A stretch of 62,971 nt of DNA, counting the filler, from Welwitschia mirabilis (lineage: Eukaryota): assembly GCA_051453625.1 (NCBI GenBank). It is 6 parts of one record of this genome, joined end to end, with 100 filler letters (N's around TTAATTAATTAA, not from the genome) between each part and the next. Parts side by side here need not be neighbours in the genome. Positions count along the whole stretch, not along the records: positions 18,669 to 32,656 come from JBOZIK010000001.1; positions 32,757 to 41,580 come from JBOZIK010000001.1; 4 more parts are not named here. One strand, given 5' to 3'. This document shows, piece by piece, positions 24,701-39,600 of the stretch. The notes under the pieces were generated by a model. It ran no database searches. It worked only from the letters and a program-made list of their open reading frames with translations, and was not told the origin of the DNA. The position numbers were made by a program, and so were the translations under genes. Every line of letters starts with the position of its first letter. Positions within the stretch are counted from its first letter, which is position 1.

Positions 24701-25828
24701 TTTTTAATTAAATATATATATTTTACTTAACTTTATTTTGATATAGATACTTAAAATTTATAAAGAGAGATTACAATTTGACTCAGTTCCATAAATGAAG
24801 TATGTTTTTACAATAGAACTTAGATGTACTAATGTGCCTTAGTTTAAAAATAATTATTCTAATGTAGAAAAATAAAGTGATTATTTCTTTTATGTATTTT
24901 CATTATTATGCTTTGCAAACATATTATTTTCCTTCTTTGTAAAAAACTTAGAATGATGCTCATATACTATATCTTTCTTCTATATGATTATTTTCATTAA
25001 ATAAATCCAGTGATGATTAAAATTATTTCTGCTAGGTAAATAATTCACTAGAAAATGCATAATTGTATACTTACATTTTTATGGTACATTTATTTAATTA
25101 AATCAATAGAATCTCAATAATTACGCATTCCCATGCTTAGATTTCATTGTCAAGGGAGGTTTCATTATATTTTTATTTGTAAACCCTTCTAGAAGTGAAT
25201 TTAATCATCACTCTCGTATCTTATCCATATATGAACTTACTCTAACTTGACATTTTGATCCCTTTATAGTAAAGGATTAAGTTGCACCATCTTGAGATGC
25301 TTCAAGGAAGTGAAGGTTATTTTTAAGCATGCATCCACTTCACATACTACTTATCACCCATATTGAGGGCATATTAAGGTGAAGTCTAATCCTATGGAGT
25401 TGAGCCTAGCCATGTATGTATATTCTAGAACATAAATGACACCAATTCACATTTTGAGGATAGCCAGATATAGAGTTCAAATGCCATTAATGGAATTTTC
25501 AACCTCCTATTATATTAGTTAGCATTATCCTAAAATTTATCTATGCATGTGATAAAACAAGTTGACATTCCATTAACTTTCTATAAGATATTTTTATATG
25601 GTGAAAATAAAGTTAGAATAAATACAGAACATAATTTTGATATCATTATTGTATGCAAATTAAAAGGTCTACACTTAAATAGTAATTATGTCATTTAGTT
25701 ATTTTAGATCCTATAATGTTTTAATAATATCTAAGTAGGAATTAATTACAAGTTTCATTGTACATGTTAGTTAATAATTTTTTTAAAAAAAATATGCTTA
25801 GTTATGGTAATTAAATCAGGGTATTACA

Positions 25829-28213
25829 CCAATCATGAAAAATTATGATATGCCATAATAGGTACTAAATACAAAATAATCTAATTAGCACTAACTATGC
25901 AACATGCTATAAGAAGTCTAATCAAATTGAAAGAAATAAAAATGCATAAAGTAAGTAAACAAAAGCATAAGAATATAAGGAAAAAAATACTTCTCTTGTT
26001 GCACCACCCATTCATGTGCAGTTCACCACCCCTACAATGCCCTCCAAATAGATGAAAATTGGAAAAGGTGATGACAAATTAAATGTATGAGAAAATGGAA
26101 GGCTAAAAATGGATGTGCATGATAGTAAAATATGAAAATGTATAAGGCTTATAAAGCTAACATAGAGAGAAGATTAACTTGGAAGTTAAAAAAACACAAA
26201 GAAATGAAGTAGAAAATATCCTTCTAATGCTTGCTAATAACTTGAATTCAACTTTAGAGCATTAAAATCATATAATTTTGGTATACTAATATTATTATTT
26301 AAGTTTAAATATTGAAAATGATTTTAAGAGATGTGATTGAATTAGGTTCAAACCATTGAATTATCATAACCATTAAATTTCCACATATAATTCATGCTCA
26401 ACTTGTAAGAATTATCTTATGGTGTTGTTGTGCCAATTTAATCATGGAAATAACACTGTAACACTATAGGTAGTTTGAAGAATAATTACCTCAACTTCCA
26501 AAAAATAAATTAATTCAATTTTATCTTTACAAAATAACTAAGAATTAGAAATTATAGCTTCCAAAATGTAAAGTTCTAAGGTACTAATTTCCTAAAAGAT
26601 TGTGATATCATCCAATGTCATGCATCTAGTATCAAAATAAGTCAAATTTATCACATTAGCAAGTGGGTAAGATATGATGATGGAAAAGGGACTATAAATC
26701 ATATGTAGAGTTACTAAGTTAAAGTAATCCTTCATGGTCTACATTTTTATCCTTAATCACAATCATCGAATAGTCTAAAACTAGATCAACATGCATCATT
26801 TTGAGCTCATTGAGTATCTAATGTTCTTGTCACCTAAAAAGCATAAAATAACTCTAAGTACAGTATTATAATTTTAAAAGTAATGCAACATAATAATAAT
26901 TAGTATCTTATTTCATCAAAAACTTAGGTTTTATTACATCCCATAATTAGTCTTTTTGTACATCTCCTGTAAGTGATGATGATAATAGAAATAAAGCCTA
27001 TTGACAATTAAGATGTTCATAGGTCATGTGGATAATTGTAGATATAAATGCTAGCCTTATAAATAAAACAAAATATAAAGCAACAACACTAGTAATCATG
27101 AAAGTGTAATGATATATATATTATAGGAGATAGTAGATAAAATGTAGAAATGCCAACTTTAACTTTATTCATTAATCTATACAGTAAAGTTTTATTCATT
27201 AGTAAAAAGTAAAGAAAAAACATGAATCCAAGCTAAATTAAATGAAATACACTTAAATATCATATCATAAAATAGTTTTACAAAAGATAACGAATCACAT
27301 AGACTTCACACATGAAAAATATACATTGTCATATAAAAAAATGATTAAATAGAAAATATTAGTAAAATTAGAGGTTTAAAACTTAGGAAACAATTGGTTA
27401 TAACTCCCAACTTTAATGAAAACTGGGATTTTGAGGTGAAAAATAAATAGCCTAGTTACAATTTATTAAAGAAAAAATCTTAATGAAAAATGGAAACATT
27501 TTTTTTAGATTGATACTTTTTAAAAATAAATAGGAGTAGCTCTTTCCCAAAGCTCATAGGCCTTCTAAATATGAATACATAAGACCCATAGCTTGTATTT
27601 CATTACCTAAAAAAGGTACCAATATTTTTTAAGTTTTAAAGAAAACTAAAAACACAAATAAAAAGAATTTTTCCATCTTTTGATTTTTTAATATTTTATT
27701 ATATTTACTAAAGATGACTTCAAATAAAGATTAACATAGAATATATGATGAAGATGATTTGCACCTATGTAAATTTTTACCATTATGTACCTTAATTTTA
27801 ATTATAAATGCATAGTATTGAGGGAAAAAAAGGTGCACAGAAAATTAGTGAAAGTTAGAAATGTACACCTAAAAGGCTTGCTATAGTAATGTAATGTTTA
27901 AGGTATTATAAGCAATTGTAATATATAAAAAACTATAAATCAATCAACTTCCAATTGACATATGTAAAACTCAAAGAAAGGGATAATATTTCACACAGAA
28001 ATAACAAGTGTTTCCTAGCAACAGGGTCAATTTTGAATGAAAGAAAAACTTAATTTTCAATATGAGGAGATCATGATTTAATTGCAAAACTAAAAATGTA
28101 CTTAATATAATAATTTAACTCAAAGAAAGTAAATCAAGTATAAATAGTTCAAATTAAAGTGTAAAGAGATATCCTATGTCAAATTGCATCTATAGTAGAA
28201 GCACATGAGTTTT
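25829..28213. repeat. Long tandem unit, segments A+B (copy 1)
   Basis: A (25829-27228) is colinear with 45499-47085 and 55024-56260. B (27229-28213) is colinear with 51981-52965. Confidence 0.85.
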
Positions 28214-29745
28214 TGATGACTCAGAAAAGAATGTACATTTATGATATGTTTTTAATGAAGAATATGATAAATTGTTAGCCAATATTATGACATTATTATA
28301 ATATATTGTGATTCATTATGAGCTAACTTTGTGATGCATATCAGTGAAGAGAAGATATGATACAAAAAGGAAAGTGGTTATAACAACTAGACAGGTGGTG
28401 CAAAGGATAGGATAATAAACTTTTTACCACTACACTTATAAATAGGCACATAGTAGAAGGATGAGGGATCTTTTTGGAAGTCTTGGAGAAAATCTAAAAA
28501 GCACATTTAAGCAAAGAGATCATAGAAGGAAGAGTTGTAAAGTAACTTCCTAAAGCTCTAGTACCTATTGTAGAAACCCAAGGAAGTTAATATTTATATT
28601 TTCTTATTAATAATACAAGCTATGTTATTTTGAAAAGAATCTTATGTTTCGGAGGTATGTAATTTGAAAAATTTGCATGCTATCTTTTCTTGATCTTAAT
28701 ATTAATGATAGATATAATTGATATTAAGATGATGTACTAGTTAGAAATAATGGTTATAGGTGATCTGACTATGTTTTTTCTATTTTAATTCTTTCATTTT
28801 TTCAACATTCTATAAACTATTATCTATAAGTAGAATCCTATCAGAACATATTTTTGTCAAGAATGTTCATTCTTGACAAAGTTCATGTCATAATCTAAAG
28901 TCTTTATTATGAGTCAAAACTAGAAAGAAAGAAATCCCCTTATAAAAAAATTTAATGATTTAAGTCTATGTATAATTGTGGTAGTTTAAGCTATATGTTT
29001 TTCTAGTATTTTATTAATACTTTAGTTTCTTTTTGAGCATTTTTGAGCATTATGTGAGGAATTAAAATCACATAATAAAACTAATAAATTGGAAGTTTAA
29101 GAGGACATAATAATATATTTTACATCTTATTTACTAATTTATATTCTTGGTAAATGTGATATGTGTACTATATTATGACTAAATATTCTCTTCCTTGTGT
29201 TATTTAATTGATATATTTTATGTATTTTGAAATAATGAGCATTTGAATAAGTACATGCATTCTTACCTAGAATCAAGAATGATAAATGAGTAGATTTATT
29301 CTACCATGACTTTTATGTTCTTGAGATGTGTAAGGGCACTTTATTCATAACATATTCATTACTTTGTTAATTGTAATTGAAGAGTCTATCTCATTGTGCC
29401 ACATGCCAATTTTGAGATTGTGCATTTATTATTTTGATGCTTATCTTTGGATGAATTAAACTTATTTATGAGTATGAAGGATTAAAAAGAGATAGCATGA
29501 GGAAATAATGCATGTACTTAAACTTGCTAATTCAAAAAAGAAGATTATTCATCCTAATTAGGTGTATGATTCATAAATATGAACTCTTTGTGTACTCCAA
29601 TGTCACTTATTACTCATCCCACTTTTCAATACTAAATCATGTGATCTTGTGATATTGACTATGTGCCTTTGTCTAGTTATATATAGAGATCCTTTCCTCT
29701 CTTATAAAAAGGAGATATGTTTCTTTTATTTCTTACAAGTGCATT

Positions 29746-29748
<3 letters not shown>

Positions 29749-29779
<31 letters not shown>
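29749..29779 (+). repeat. (TC)n microsatellite
   Basis: About 15 TC units. Confidence 0.95.
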
Positions 29780-29783
<4 letters not shown>

Positions 29784-30504
29784 CATACTCTCTCATTCTC
29801 TTGCTTGTGAAACTTGAAGGTTGGAAGCTTAGAAGATTGAAGCTAAGAAACTCTTGAGCTTGAATATTCATCAACTAACAAGATCTCATTAATCTTTTCA
29901 AGTAAGCTTCTTACTATTATTATCCATATGATCTCCTTTTTCTATTGGAACGATGTGATATTTAATTATAGAACTATTTATGGATTTATGCCATTTTGTT
30001 ATAAAATATTATCCTCTCCCATGGGCACCCACTAAGACGTTATAGTGAGATATGAGGGGTCTCTTATGCTTGGTGATGATGGACTATTAATGGATGATTA
30101 TGGCCAAGTGAATAGGGGGTTCACTATTAAAAAAAAAAAAAGAAAAAAGAGAAAAAAGAGAGAGATTTGGCTACCCATATTTATTTAGTATTAAATTTAT
30201 TTTTATCTATTATGCATTAGAACCATTTTAGTAGGGGTAAAGTATGATTATCAAAATTCTCTTTAGGCTAGCACTCTTCCATGAAAAATCTCAAGGCTCA
30301 TAGTAAATGTTTTATTAAATAGATTTGATTTTTCTTTCTATAATTATTATTTTATTTTTATAATTGATTTATTTTTCTATAACTAATTAATTAGTATATC
30401 CATTATTTTGCTGATGTAAGTTATTTCTTAAGTAGTTAGAGAAACTTTATCATATTTTTGTTATGGTAAAAATTAAATTTTTAGAATAAAGGCATAAGAT
30501 AAAA

Positions 30505-32656
30505 GCAATCTATCTCATTAATTAATAGGTATATTTTTGTAAGTATAGGATTGTGTTATAAATTGGAAAATGTAAAAACAATAATTTTTTTGATGAGTAA
30601 TTATTTTTAAAATATTTATTTATTAAAATGCATCAAAAAATAAATTTAGAAAATAGTAAGCAACTAATTTACATTTCTGTACCTATCTATGAACATATTT
30701 GCAAACTTGAGTATCTTACATTGTAGAAAATTGAATAATCTTTTCAAAACATCTTGAATAATTTAAAAACTCAAAGTATATTAAAAGTTATGTTTGTTTT
30801 AGTATAGGGTGAACGGACTATAATCTTAAGAAATTTGATAGTTTTTATCCTTAAACAATAAAGTTAGAAATAATACTTTTATAATTTCAAAATAGTTTAA
30901 GTTAGATTCTAAGAAACCCATTATATGTTTAGATTCTAAGAAACTACTATAATTTAATTTTTCTGTATAATTAATTAATTATTAACTTTTATTTATGATG
31001 TCTTCCTAAAGCTCAAAAGTTCTATAATTAATGTTTAAAATTATAGAAAAATTATTACATAATATTTTATAAGAAAATTAAGAATATAAAATATGTTTCT
31101 AATAGTATATTTAAGTTAAATTATTTATAAGTGATATTTAATTGTATAAATAACCCTTTTACCCCTTTTTCCTTAGCTTACTTCAAATGTGCATGCTTAT
31201 AAGCATTTTCATCTTAGTAGTTAAGTGATATAAGTAGTTTCTAGCTTATTGCTTATTTTATTAACTTAGAATATAGCCATATAAAATCTTGGATAAGTAC
31301 TTATACTTTAACAATTATTCTTAAGCTATACTTTATTTTATTTACCTTCTTTGCACCAATTCAAGGAGATTGTCATTTAAGCAGGGAAGAGTGTTTCTAA
31401 GATTAGCATAGCTCCAGGTATGTTTTGGTTTGTTTAAGTACATTAGTTTATATTTTTTTGAAAGAAAAAGAAAATAATATTTTCTTTATTTAGATAGAAA
31501 AGAAAAAAAAGATTATTTCCTTTATTTAGATTTTTATCATGATAATCTTGGAAAAAGAATTATTCTTGTATGCTTGCTTTCTTTTTATGGTTGTTTNNNN
31601 NNNNNNNNNNNNNNNNNNNNNNNNNNNNNNNNNNNNNNNNNNNNNNNNNNNNNNNNNNNNNNNNNNNNNNNNNNNNNNNNNNNNNNNNNNNNNNNNACAT
31701 CATATCTTATTAATTAATAGGTATAAATTAGTAAATTGTTTTTTCTAAGTCTAAGATTATGTTATAAATGGAAAAATGTAAAACCCATAATCTCTCTAAT
31801 AAGTAATTATTTTTAACATCTTATTTGTTAAAATATGTCAAAAATAAATGCAAACATTAGTAAGCAAGTAATTTACATGTTTGTACCTATCTATGAACAT
31901 ATTTGCAAACTTGAGTATTCTAAGTTATAGAAAATTGAATAATCTTTTTAAAGCATCTTTAATCATTTAAAAACGCAAAGTATATTGAACATTATGATCA
32001 TTTAGTGTAGCGTGGTGGGACTATAATTTTTAGAAATTTGACAATTTTTAGCCTTAAATGATAAAGTTAGAAATAATACTTTTATAATTTCAAAATAGTT
32101 TAACTTAGATTTTGAGGAACCTATTATGTATCTATATTCTAAGAAACTACTATAATTTAATTTTTTTTTGCATAATTGATTAATTATTAGTGTTTAATTA
32201 TGATATCTTCCTAAAACCCAAAAATGCTATGATTAATGTTTAAAATTATAGAAAAGTTATTACACAATATTTTATAAAAAAATTAAGTATATAAAATATG
32301 TTTCTAATGGTATATTTAAGTTAAATTAGTTATAAGTGGTATTTAATAATAGAAATAACTCTTTTACCCCTTTTTTCTTGGCTTATGTTAACTATGCATG
32401 CTTATAAGCATTTTCTCCTTAGTAGTTAAGTGACACAAGTAGTTTCTAGCTTATTGCTTATTTTTATTAACTTATAATATTTTCATATGAAATCTTGGAT
32501 AAATACTTTAACAATTATAATTGAGATATATTTTTTTGTTTACATTATTTGCACCAATCCATGGATATTATCATTTGAGCATGGAAGAGTGTTTTTAGGA
32601 TTGGCATAGATCCAGGCATGTTTTAGTTTGTTTAAATATATTATTTTATATTCTTT
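30505..32656 (+). repeat. Diverged ~1.2-kb tandem duplication within the LTR
   Basis: 30510-31460 is colinear with 31702-32656. For example, GTACCTATCTATGAACATATTTGCAAACTTGAGTAT occurs at 30679 and 31883. Confidence 0.85.
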
Positions 32657-34559
32657 NNNNNNNNNNNNNNNNNNNNNNNNNNNNNNNNNNNNNNNNNNNN
32701 TTAATTAATTAANNNNNNNNNNNNNNNNNNNNNNNNNNNNNNNNNNNNNNNNNNNNTTCATCGAATAGGATTAAACCAAGATAATTCTAATAATGTTCAT
32801 CCCCACACTTGGATTTTATCACCAAAATGTCTTGCATCATCTTTTTTTATATTACACTTTTGGAAGTGAATTTAATTACCACTCTCCTACTCTACCCAAG
32901 TATGAACTTGCTCTGACTTAATAGCTTAAGCCCTTGATATCGATGGATCATGTTAAACCATTTAGAGATGCTTCAAGGAAGTGGAGGTCATTTGTAAGCA
33001 TGCATCCACCTCACATATCATGTGTTACCTCTATTGGTGGTATATTGAGGTGAAGTAAAAGCCTATAGAGTTGAGCCTATCTATGTTTGTATAGATTAGA
33101 ATCTAAAGTAGAGCTAACTCACATCTAGAGGGTGGCCGAATATTGAGTTAGAATGCCATTAATAGGAGTTACAACCTCCTATTATACTGGTTAGGTACTA
33201 TTCTTAAAATTTATCCATGTATGTTAACAATAAGTTTACATCTCCTCAACTATTCACAAAACTAGGAAGAAATGAAGAACACAAACTTATGACATAACTA
33301 TTATTTGTAAACCAAAATAACCTATAAATTAATTATAAGTAAATATATGATATTAATATGATTTGTCTTTCTTATGATATGGAAATTCCAATTAAGGAGT
33401 AAGTAGAATTTGGTCCTAGGTTTCACTGTGTTTATTAGGAAAAAATATTAAAGAAGAAAGAAAGTTAAAAAAAGGTTCTTGATTAGGATAAGATAAAAGA
33501 GGAATTTACAAATTAGTATTAGAGCTCTAGATTAACTTAAATAATGCTTATGTTAAGTACTTATGAATTTATAAGAATATAAATCCAATTACAGTTTTAA
33601 CAATCTTTCTCCTTAATAATTATAAAGTTAGTGGTAACCATAAAAAGATTAACTCCTAATAGCTATAAAGTTAGTTATATCCCTAATAATCTTAAACCAT
33701 GAGTAGATTTCAAGATAACTTTAGCTCTTAGATAAGCATGAATTTAATCATATATTTTATTACTCATGAATTCCATTATACCTATAATTTCCCTACTATC
33801 TAAATATATGCCAAATTACTTTTATGTTATTCCAATAATTATATTATACTAATCATAGTCTTAGCATTCATAGTCTTAGCACCTAAATAATCCTAGAAGT
33901 CAAGTATATATTTGATAGCTACAAAGTACTCATAGGGTTAACTATAATACCAACCCCTAGATGATCATTATGCTAATCATATTTACAATAATTATAAGTC
34001 CCTAAATAAACTAAAAAGGATGATGAATTCAAGTCAATAAAGACTCTATGCCCTTATAGCTATAGATAATAATCAGTTAGAAGAATTCTAATTATCTTAA
34101 TAATTTAGGACAATGACCTTGTATGATTCCTTAAAGAGCTTAACATTTTTGTAGAAAAATATATGAATACATAAATAATACCTTATAATTAGAAACCCTT
34201 AGAAGTAATCAAATATCCATCCAAGTTATTCATTTTAAATTATACTAGTACATAACTTTATAGTGAAAACCCATATTCATAACTTGTAAACCTTACTTAT
34301 TGAAAATAAAGAAAGGGTATAAACTCGATTATATACTTTAAGATATAAATAAAGATTCATTACATCATAATGATAACCACACCCTTCCTAAGATTATAAA
34401 AATATTTCTAAGTTTAACCTTTAATAACATCTATCCTATTTCAAAATATAATTTCATAAAGATTTATCATTCTTTCAGATACCTCGTCATCATCAGTTAA
34501 ACGTTTAAGCAAGGTTAATTACACTAAGTAATTAAAATCAAAAGAATTTACAAGAGAAT

Positions 34560-34959
34560 CAACAATCTAATAATGGAAATAAACCCCCATTCAACCTTAA
34601 TCTAGAAGCATTGATAAATATCTTTATGCAATTCCTATTACAAATAGTAAATCAAGGTCAAAACCCATCAGTCAATAATAATATCAATGAACCTAAGGAA
34701 ATGGGTATAAGGAAATTAATTCAAATGTTTATTAAGCTAAATCCACCAAAGTTTGTAGGAGGTTCAGATCCTTCTAAAGTAGAATCATGTCTAAGTAATG
34801 TTGAAAAAGTTATCGGTAATATGATAAATATGAAAAGGCTTCCTTAGCTATTTATATGTTATAAGGAGAAGCTAATCTATGGTGGAAAATAAAAATGATC
34901 AAGTTAGAAGATCTAGAACTTTCATGGATGGAATTTGAGTACATCTTTAAGGAGAGGTA
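34560..34959 (+). pseudogene. gag: Tekay-like gag N-terminal remnant
   Basis: KLNPPKFVGGSDPSKVESCLSNVEKV is followed by GEANLWWK and SWMEF. Same family as the gag at ~9.7 kb. Confidence 0.85.
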
Positions 34960-37620
34960 TGTTACGGTCCATATTTTACAACATTACATCCTAGTCAAAT
35001 TCTGTTAATCACAAATATATGTATAAACACAACACATTAATATAGATGAGAGTAAATATGAATGTTGTAATATGTTGAAGGCACTAGGCTCAAATCTAGA
35101 TAATTGCTTTTTATGAAGTAGAAGTTCAAAAAACTAAAAATAAACAATGCAAGAAAAGGAAACACATAATGCAAATGCAAACTACTCTAAACATAATATT
35201 TATCTAACTACTAAATCTCTATCACTAAGATTAGCCCTGCATAACTTAGATCAATCAAGGATATCACTAACCAGAAATAACCTAAGCTATTAAGTGCATT
35301 AGATAAAATATGAAAACATACAATGATTTAATCTATGAAATATACAATGAAATGTAAGATCCTAAACTAATAATTTCAACATTAATAAGAATTACCTTCA
35401 TGATTTGTATCACAAATTAACTATCATAGAATCAAAAACAACATAAATCATAAGGAAGATGCACATAAATATGAATAAATATAAAAGAATATTTTCATTA
35501 AAAGTTGATTGAACATCCTATTACAAAGAAGTAACATCTTAATGAAGGAAAAACAACCCAACACTAAGGAATACCCCTGTCTACAACTAATAGATGAACC
35601 TCTAATCCTTTGATCTCTTGTCAAAGAATTTTCAGTGCAACGAAGATTATCAGCATCTAAGATATAGGTGCTATTTATTAACAAAAATATAATCTACTAA
35701 TAGAAAATCTAATAGATGTAATAAAATCCTAACAGATGTGTAAGAGGATGCATGACACACTATAGAAGTTTAGTGGAGTATAGTACATTGGCTAAAATTA
35801 GATGGTCATCTTGGTTATCATCCAGATGATGATGGGGATGATACCATATCAAGAGAGTTCTATATTTATCCTTCATATTAGTATAGTTAGCATCCTAGTC
35901 ATCATGCAGGTAGTGTCATCCTAGTATTTCATCTTGAGGATGGAGGGGACAATAGCCTTCTTGAAGCTTTTTATTAAGTTAAATTAGCTTTGAAGCTCAT
36001 TAATTCCACCTGAAAATGTAAAGTATCAGAATTAATCTGAAATGCCTCCAAAAGTAATAGTGTATATGCATTTCCATGATTTTCTCCTTGTCTCTTAATA
36101 ATCATCATTTTGTGCTTAAATCTATCTAAATATCCTACAAAACTACTTAAAATACCCTGTTAAAAACATACAATTTAACATTGCAACATAGGTTCCCACT
36201 TAGCCTTGTCAATTCCTAACAAAGTTGGTGAATGACTATAATTGTGAGCTAAATTGACTAAGATAAAACACTATCTATGGATATTTAACTCCAGTTCATA
36301 AATGTCAATATGTAGGAGTAAATTAAAAAATTAAATAAAATAGAATGTTTTACCTTGAAAGATGAAATGACCATGGTGTCATCTACACTGTGGTCTAGAT
36401 AATTATGAGAATAACAAGCTCCTAATAATTAATCTATAAAATTAATTGCTAGCAATTATGCTCATTAGAAAATAAGATCAAAACACTTACTTATGCATTA
36501 ACCACTCACTTAAAACATTTAACACATCAAAAAGATAAAAATTAGATGTCATAACAAAAATAATCATCATAAGATATAACCATAATAACTTAGATAAATG
36601 ATGCACATATATAATCATAAAAAGTAATAACTCAAAAAGGATATTCATAGATCAAACATTGAGTTTATAAGCATAATCTACAAGGGAGATATATCAAAAA
36701 TAATTAATCATACACCCTTCATCCATGGTCTTATGAATTGCCTATATTATTCTTGTAAGGGAAACAAACCACAAATATTCTGCTATTAAGTACATATTTT
36801 ACTAAACAATATCCATAATGCATATCACTCAATTAGTAGGCATTTAAAGTCAGACTAGTACATTATAGATATGTCTTATGAAAATGTAGAAATGACTCAA
36901 AAAAATTTAAAATCTACTTAAAATATCTTAAAACATATATATTCTACCCCTAGCAAGTGAACCAATACATCCCATATAATATTAACATAAAAAGAAAACA
37001 TATCCATATGCTAGTTAAGTACAAATAAGAAAAATAGACAGGCCTAGGGATAGTATTTTATGCATAAAAAAAGGGTCATATTTAGTCTGAAAAAGATGAA
37101 ACATGAAATATGATTATTTGAAACTATCAATGTGTCATCTGCCTTGTCATTTGGACAACATCAAGATAACAGGGTGTTTTAAAAGATTAAAAAAAATTGG
37201 AAATATCAATAGAATTAGTTAAGCTCAAATAATATCATGGAGGTTTAAGAAAAATAGAAAAAATTATGAGAGATCTGAAATGGCTAAGAATTGTGATAAA
37301 TCAAGTCATGATAAAGGAGATGAATGCACCAAGCTAAGGGAGATAAATGTTCCATGAACTCACAATTATTGAAAAATAGTACTAAATGCATCAAAACTTA
37401 AGAAGAAAATTAAATAACTAATATTAAAAAAGATGGGAAAAATTATCATCATAAACTAAAGAAAATTTATTTCTAAAAACAAAATTATCTTCTAGAATGA
37501 AAAATTGCAAATGGAAATAAAAATTAACTAGAAAGCTACTAAATGACTAAGTCCTAAGCATTTGTAATAAAAAAGTATGAAAATGACTCTGAAATACCTA
37601 CAAAAATAATTAAGAAAAGT
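34960..37620 (-). mobile_element. 3' end of an Athila-like element: 3' LTR 34960-36188 plus 3' internal region
   Basis: Termini are TGTTACGG and TTGCAACA. The adjacent rc TAAGTGGGAACCTA matches the PPT context AAGTGGGAGGCTA at 20701. Confidence 0.7.
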
Positions 37621-37671
37621 AAAATGGAAATGAATAACTTAGGAACATGAAGAAGACTGTGTACATACTAG

Positions 37672-39600
37672 GATGAGAATATTTCTTAGATCCCTAGATT
37701 CCAACATTGAGAAAGTCATTTACAAAGGTTATACTGTGCCTGTGATAACCCAAACTAATGCAAAAGGAAAACTATCCTAGTTCCCAAATCCTGAGACCAA
37801 TGGATAGCCATAGACAAGTTAAAAACCACTATAGATATCCATACTCTTAATGCAATTTTTTATGCCGTGTGTGTAGATGAATTTAAATGAATAGTAAATT
37901 ATAACCATGCTAAGGAAACTTGGGACATTTTTAAAGTGGCATACGAAGGAACCTCAATTGTTAAACAAGCTAAACTTCAGATTCTCATTTCTAAATTTGA
38001 ATATATTCATATGTATGAAGAAGAAACTTTTCAAGAATTTTTTGCTAGACTTATAGATATTGTAAACTCAATGGTAAGCCTCAAATAATGCATGGAGGAA
38101 AGAAATGTGGTAAGAAAATTCTTGAGATCCCTACTCAAAAGATTTGAACCAAAGGTAATAGCCATCAAAGAGAGCAAAAAATCAATGCAATGTCATTGGA
38201 ATAAATTCAAGGTAATTTAAAAACCTATGAGATTAAATTTGTTAAAGATAAAAGAAAAGGTATAGCTTTAAAACATGTGCAAGAAGACTATAGATCTGAC
38301 AGATCAGATGAGGAATTTAATGATGATGAAGTGGCTCTTCTAGCCAGAAGATTTAAGAAATTTATTCATAGAAAAAAGGAAGGAGAATCTAGCAAGAACG
38401 CAAAAGGAGGTAATCTAAAACAAAGAAGAGAGCAAGAAAAGGGAAAATAAATCCAATGCTACTTATGCAAAGGATTTGGACATATGCAAAGTATTTAGAC
38501 ATATGACTAATGAGTGTTCTAACATAAGGAGAGGCAACAGAAAGTCCAGGAATCCTCGTTCATGACTACATGGGATATTGAAGATGATGAGGATGAGGAA
38601 AACTATTCAGATCATAAATCAAATAGAGAAAGTAGGTTGTCTTTTATGGCTTTTGTGTCAATACTAAAAAATGTTCAGTACATTAATACTTGATGATTTG
38701 GATATGATGAATTAAAAAAAAAAAAGATGAGCTAGAAGACACATGTCAGGAGTTGTATGAGAAGTGTGAAAAGGTAGCCAAGAGAATAAATGAGTTAAAT
38801 AGAACCATGAAATCTATTACCAAAGAAAAGGAGGAATTAGAAAAGAAATACAATGTGCTCTAATCTGATAATATCAAGCTAATTTTTCAAGTAAAAGATC
38901 TTTATTTTTTTGTAAATAAATTTTTTAGTAGATCTTATAACTTAAAATAGTTACTTGAAGTATGAAAGTCCATAGGAGACAAATTAGGTATTGGCTTTAG
39001 TACACAGAAATTCTAAAAACAAGTAAACCAAACAAGTAAGTATGTGCCTAATTTTTTATGTAATTTTTGTGGTAAATTTGGTCATTCAAAACCTTTTTGC
39101 AAAGTTAGATAGTTAAATATTTTCTCAAAAAATGTAAATACATTACCTTTTAAGTTTATTCCTAATAAAAATGTATCACCTAAGTTAAATAAGACTAAGT
39201 GGGTTAAAGCTAATAATCTTCAAAGTTTTCTAACATAGATAGCTTTTAGAGGACTACATATGAATAGTTGATACCTAGATAGTAGTTTCTTAAGGCATAT
39301 GTCAAGAGAAAAATCAAGCTTTTAAAACTTGAAGAGCATAAACAGAGGAGAAGTCATCTTTGAAAACAATAAAATGATAAAAATAAAAGGTATTAGATGC
39401 ATCAAAGGAGGTATGTTACCTAAACTTGATAATGTGCTTTATGTTAATAGATTGAAAAATAATTTATTAAGTGTGAGTTAACTTTATGACAAATGACATA
39501 GAATAATTTTTGAAAAATTAAAATGTACTATTATGGATGAGAAAATGAATGCTTCTATTTTCCTGCAAAATGTATGGATAATAATTATAGATTAGATATT
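37672..39600 (+). pseudogene. gag: Sirevirus-like Copia gag-protease remnant
   Basis: Fragments MRIFLRSLDSN, AKETWDIFKVAYEGTSIVKQAKLQIL, VVRKFLRSL, CYLCKGFGHM, CNFCGKFGHSKPFC, protease *YLDSSFLRHMS, and NVLYVNRLKNNLLSVS. Confidence 0.9.

Larger units (their letters stand above)
14383..25828 (+). mobile_element. Long (~3.9 kb net) Tekay-like 3' LTR, split by insertions at 14529-22073
   Basis: Starts after the PPT (GGTTATACC, cf. TGTAATACC) and ends GGGTATTACA at 25828. The stretch 22500-25650 is homologous to 29150-33300. Confidence 0.65.
29050..33510 (+). mobile_element. Tekay-like 5' LTR (gapped)
   Basis: Homologous to 22500-25650. It ends ...TTTACA and is followed by the degenerate PBS TAGTATTAGAGC (33514-33525). 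Confidence 0.65.
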
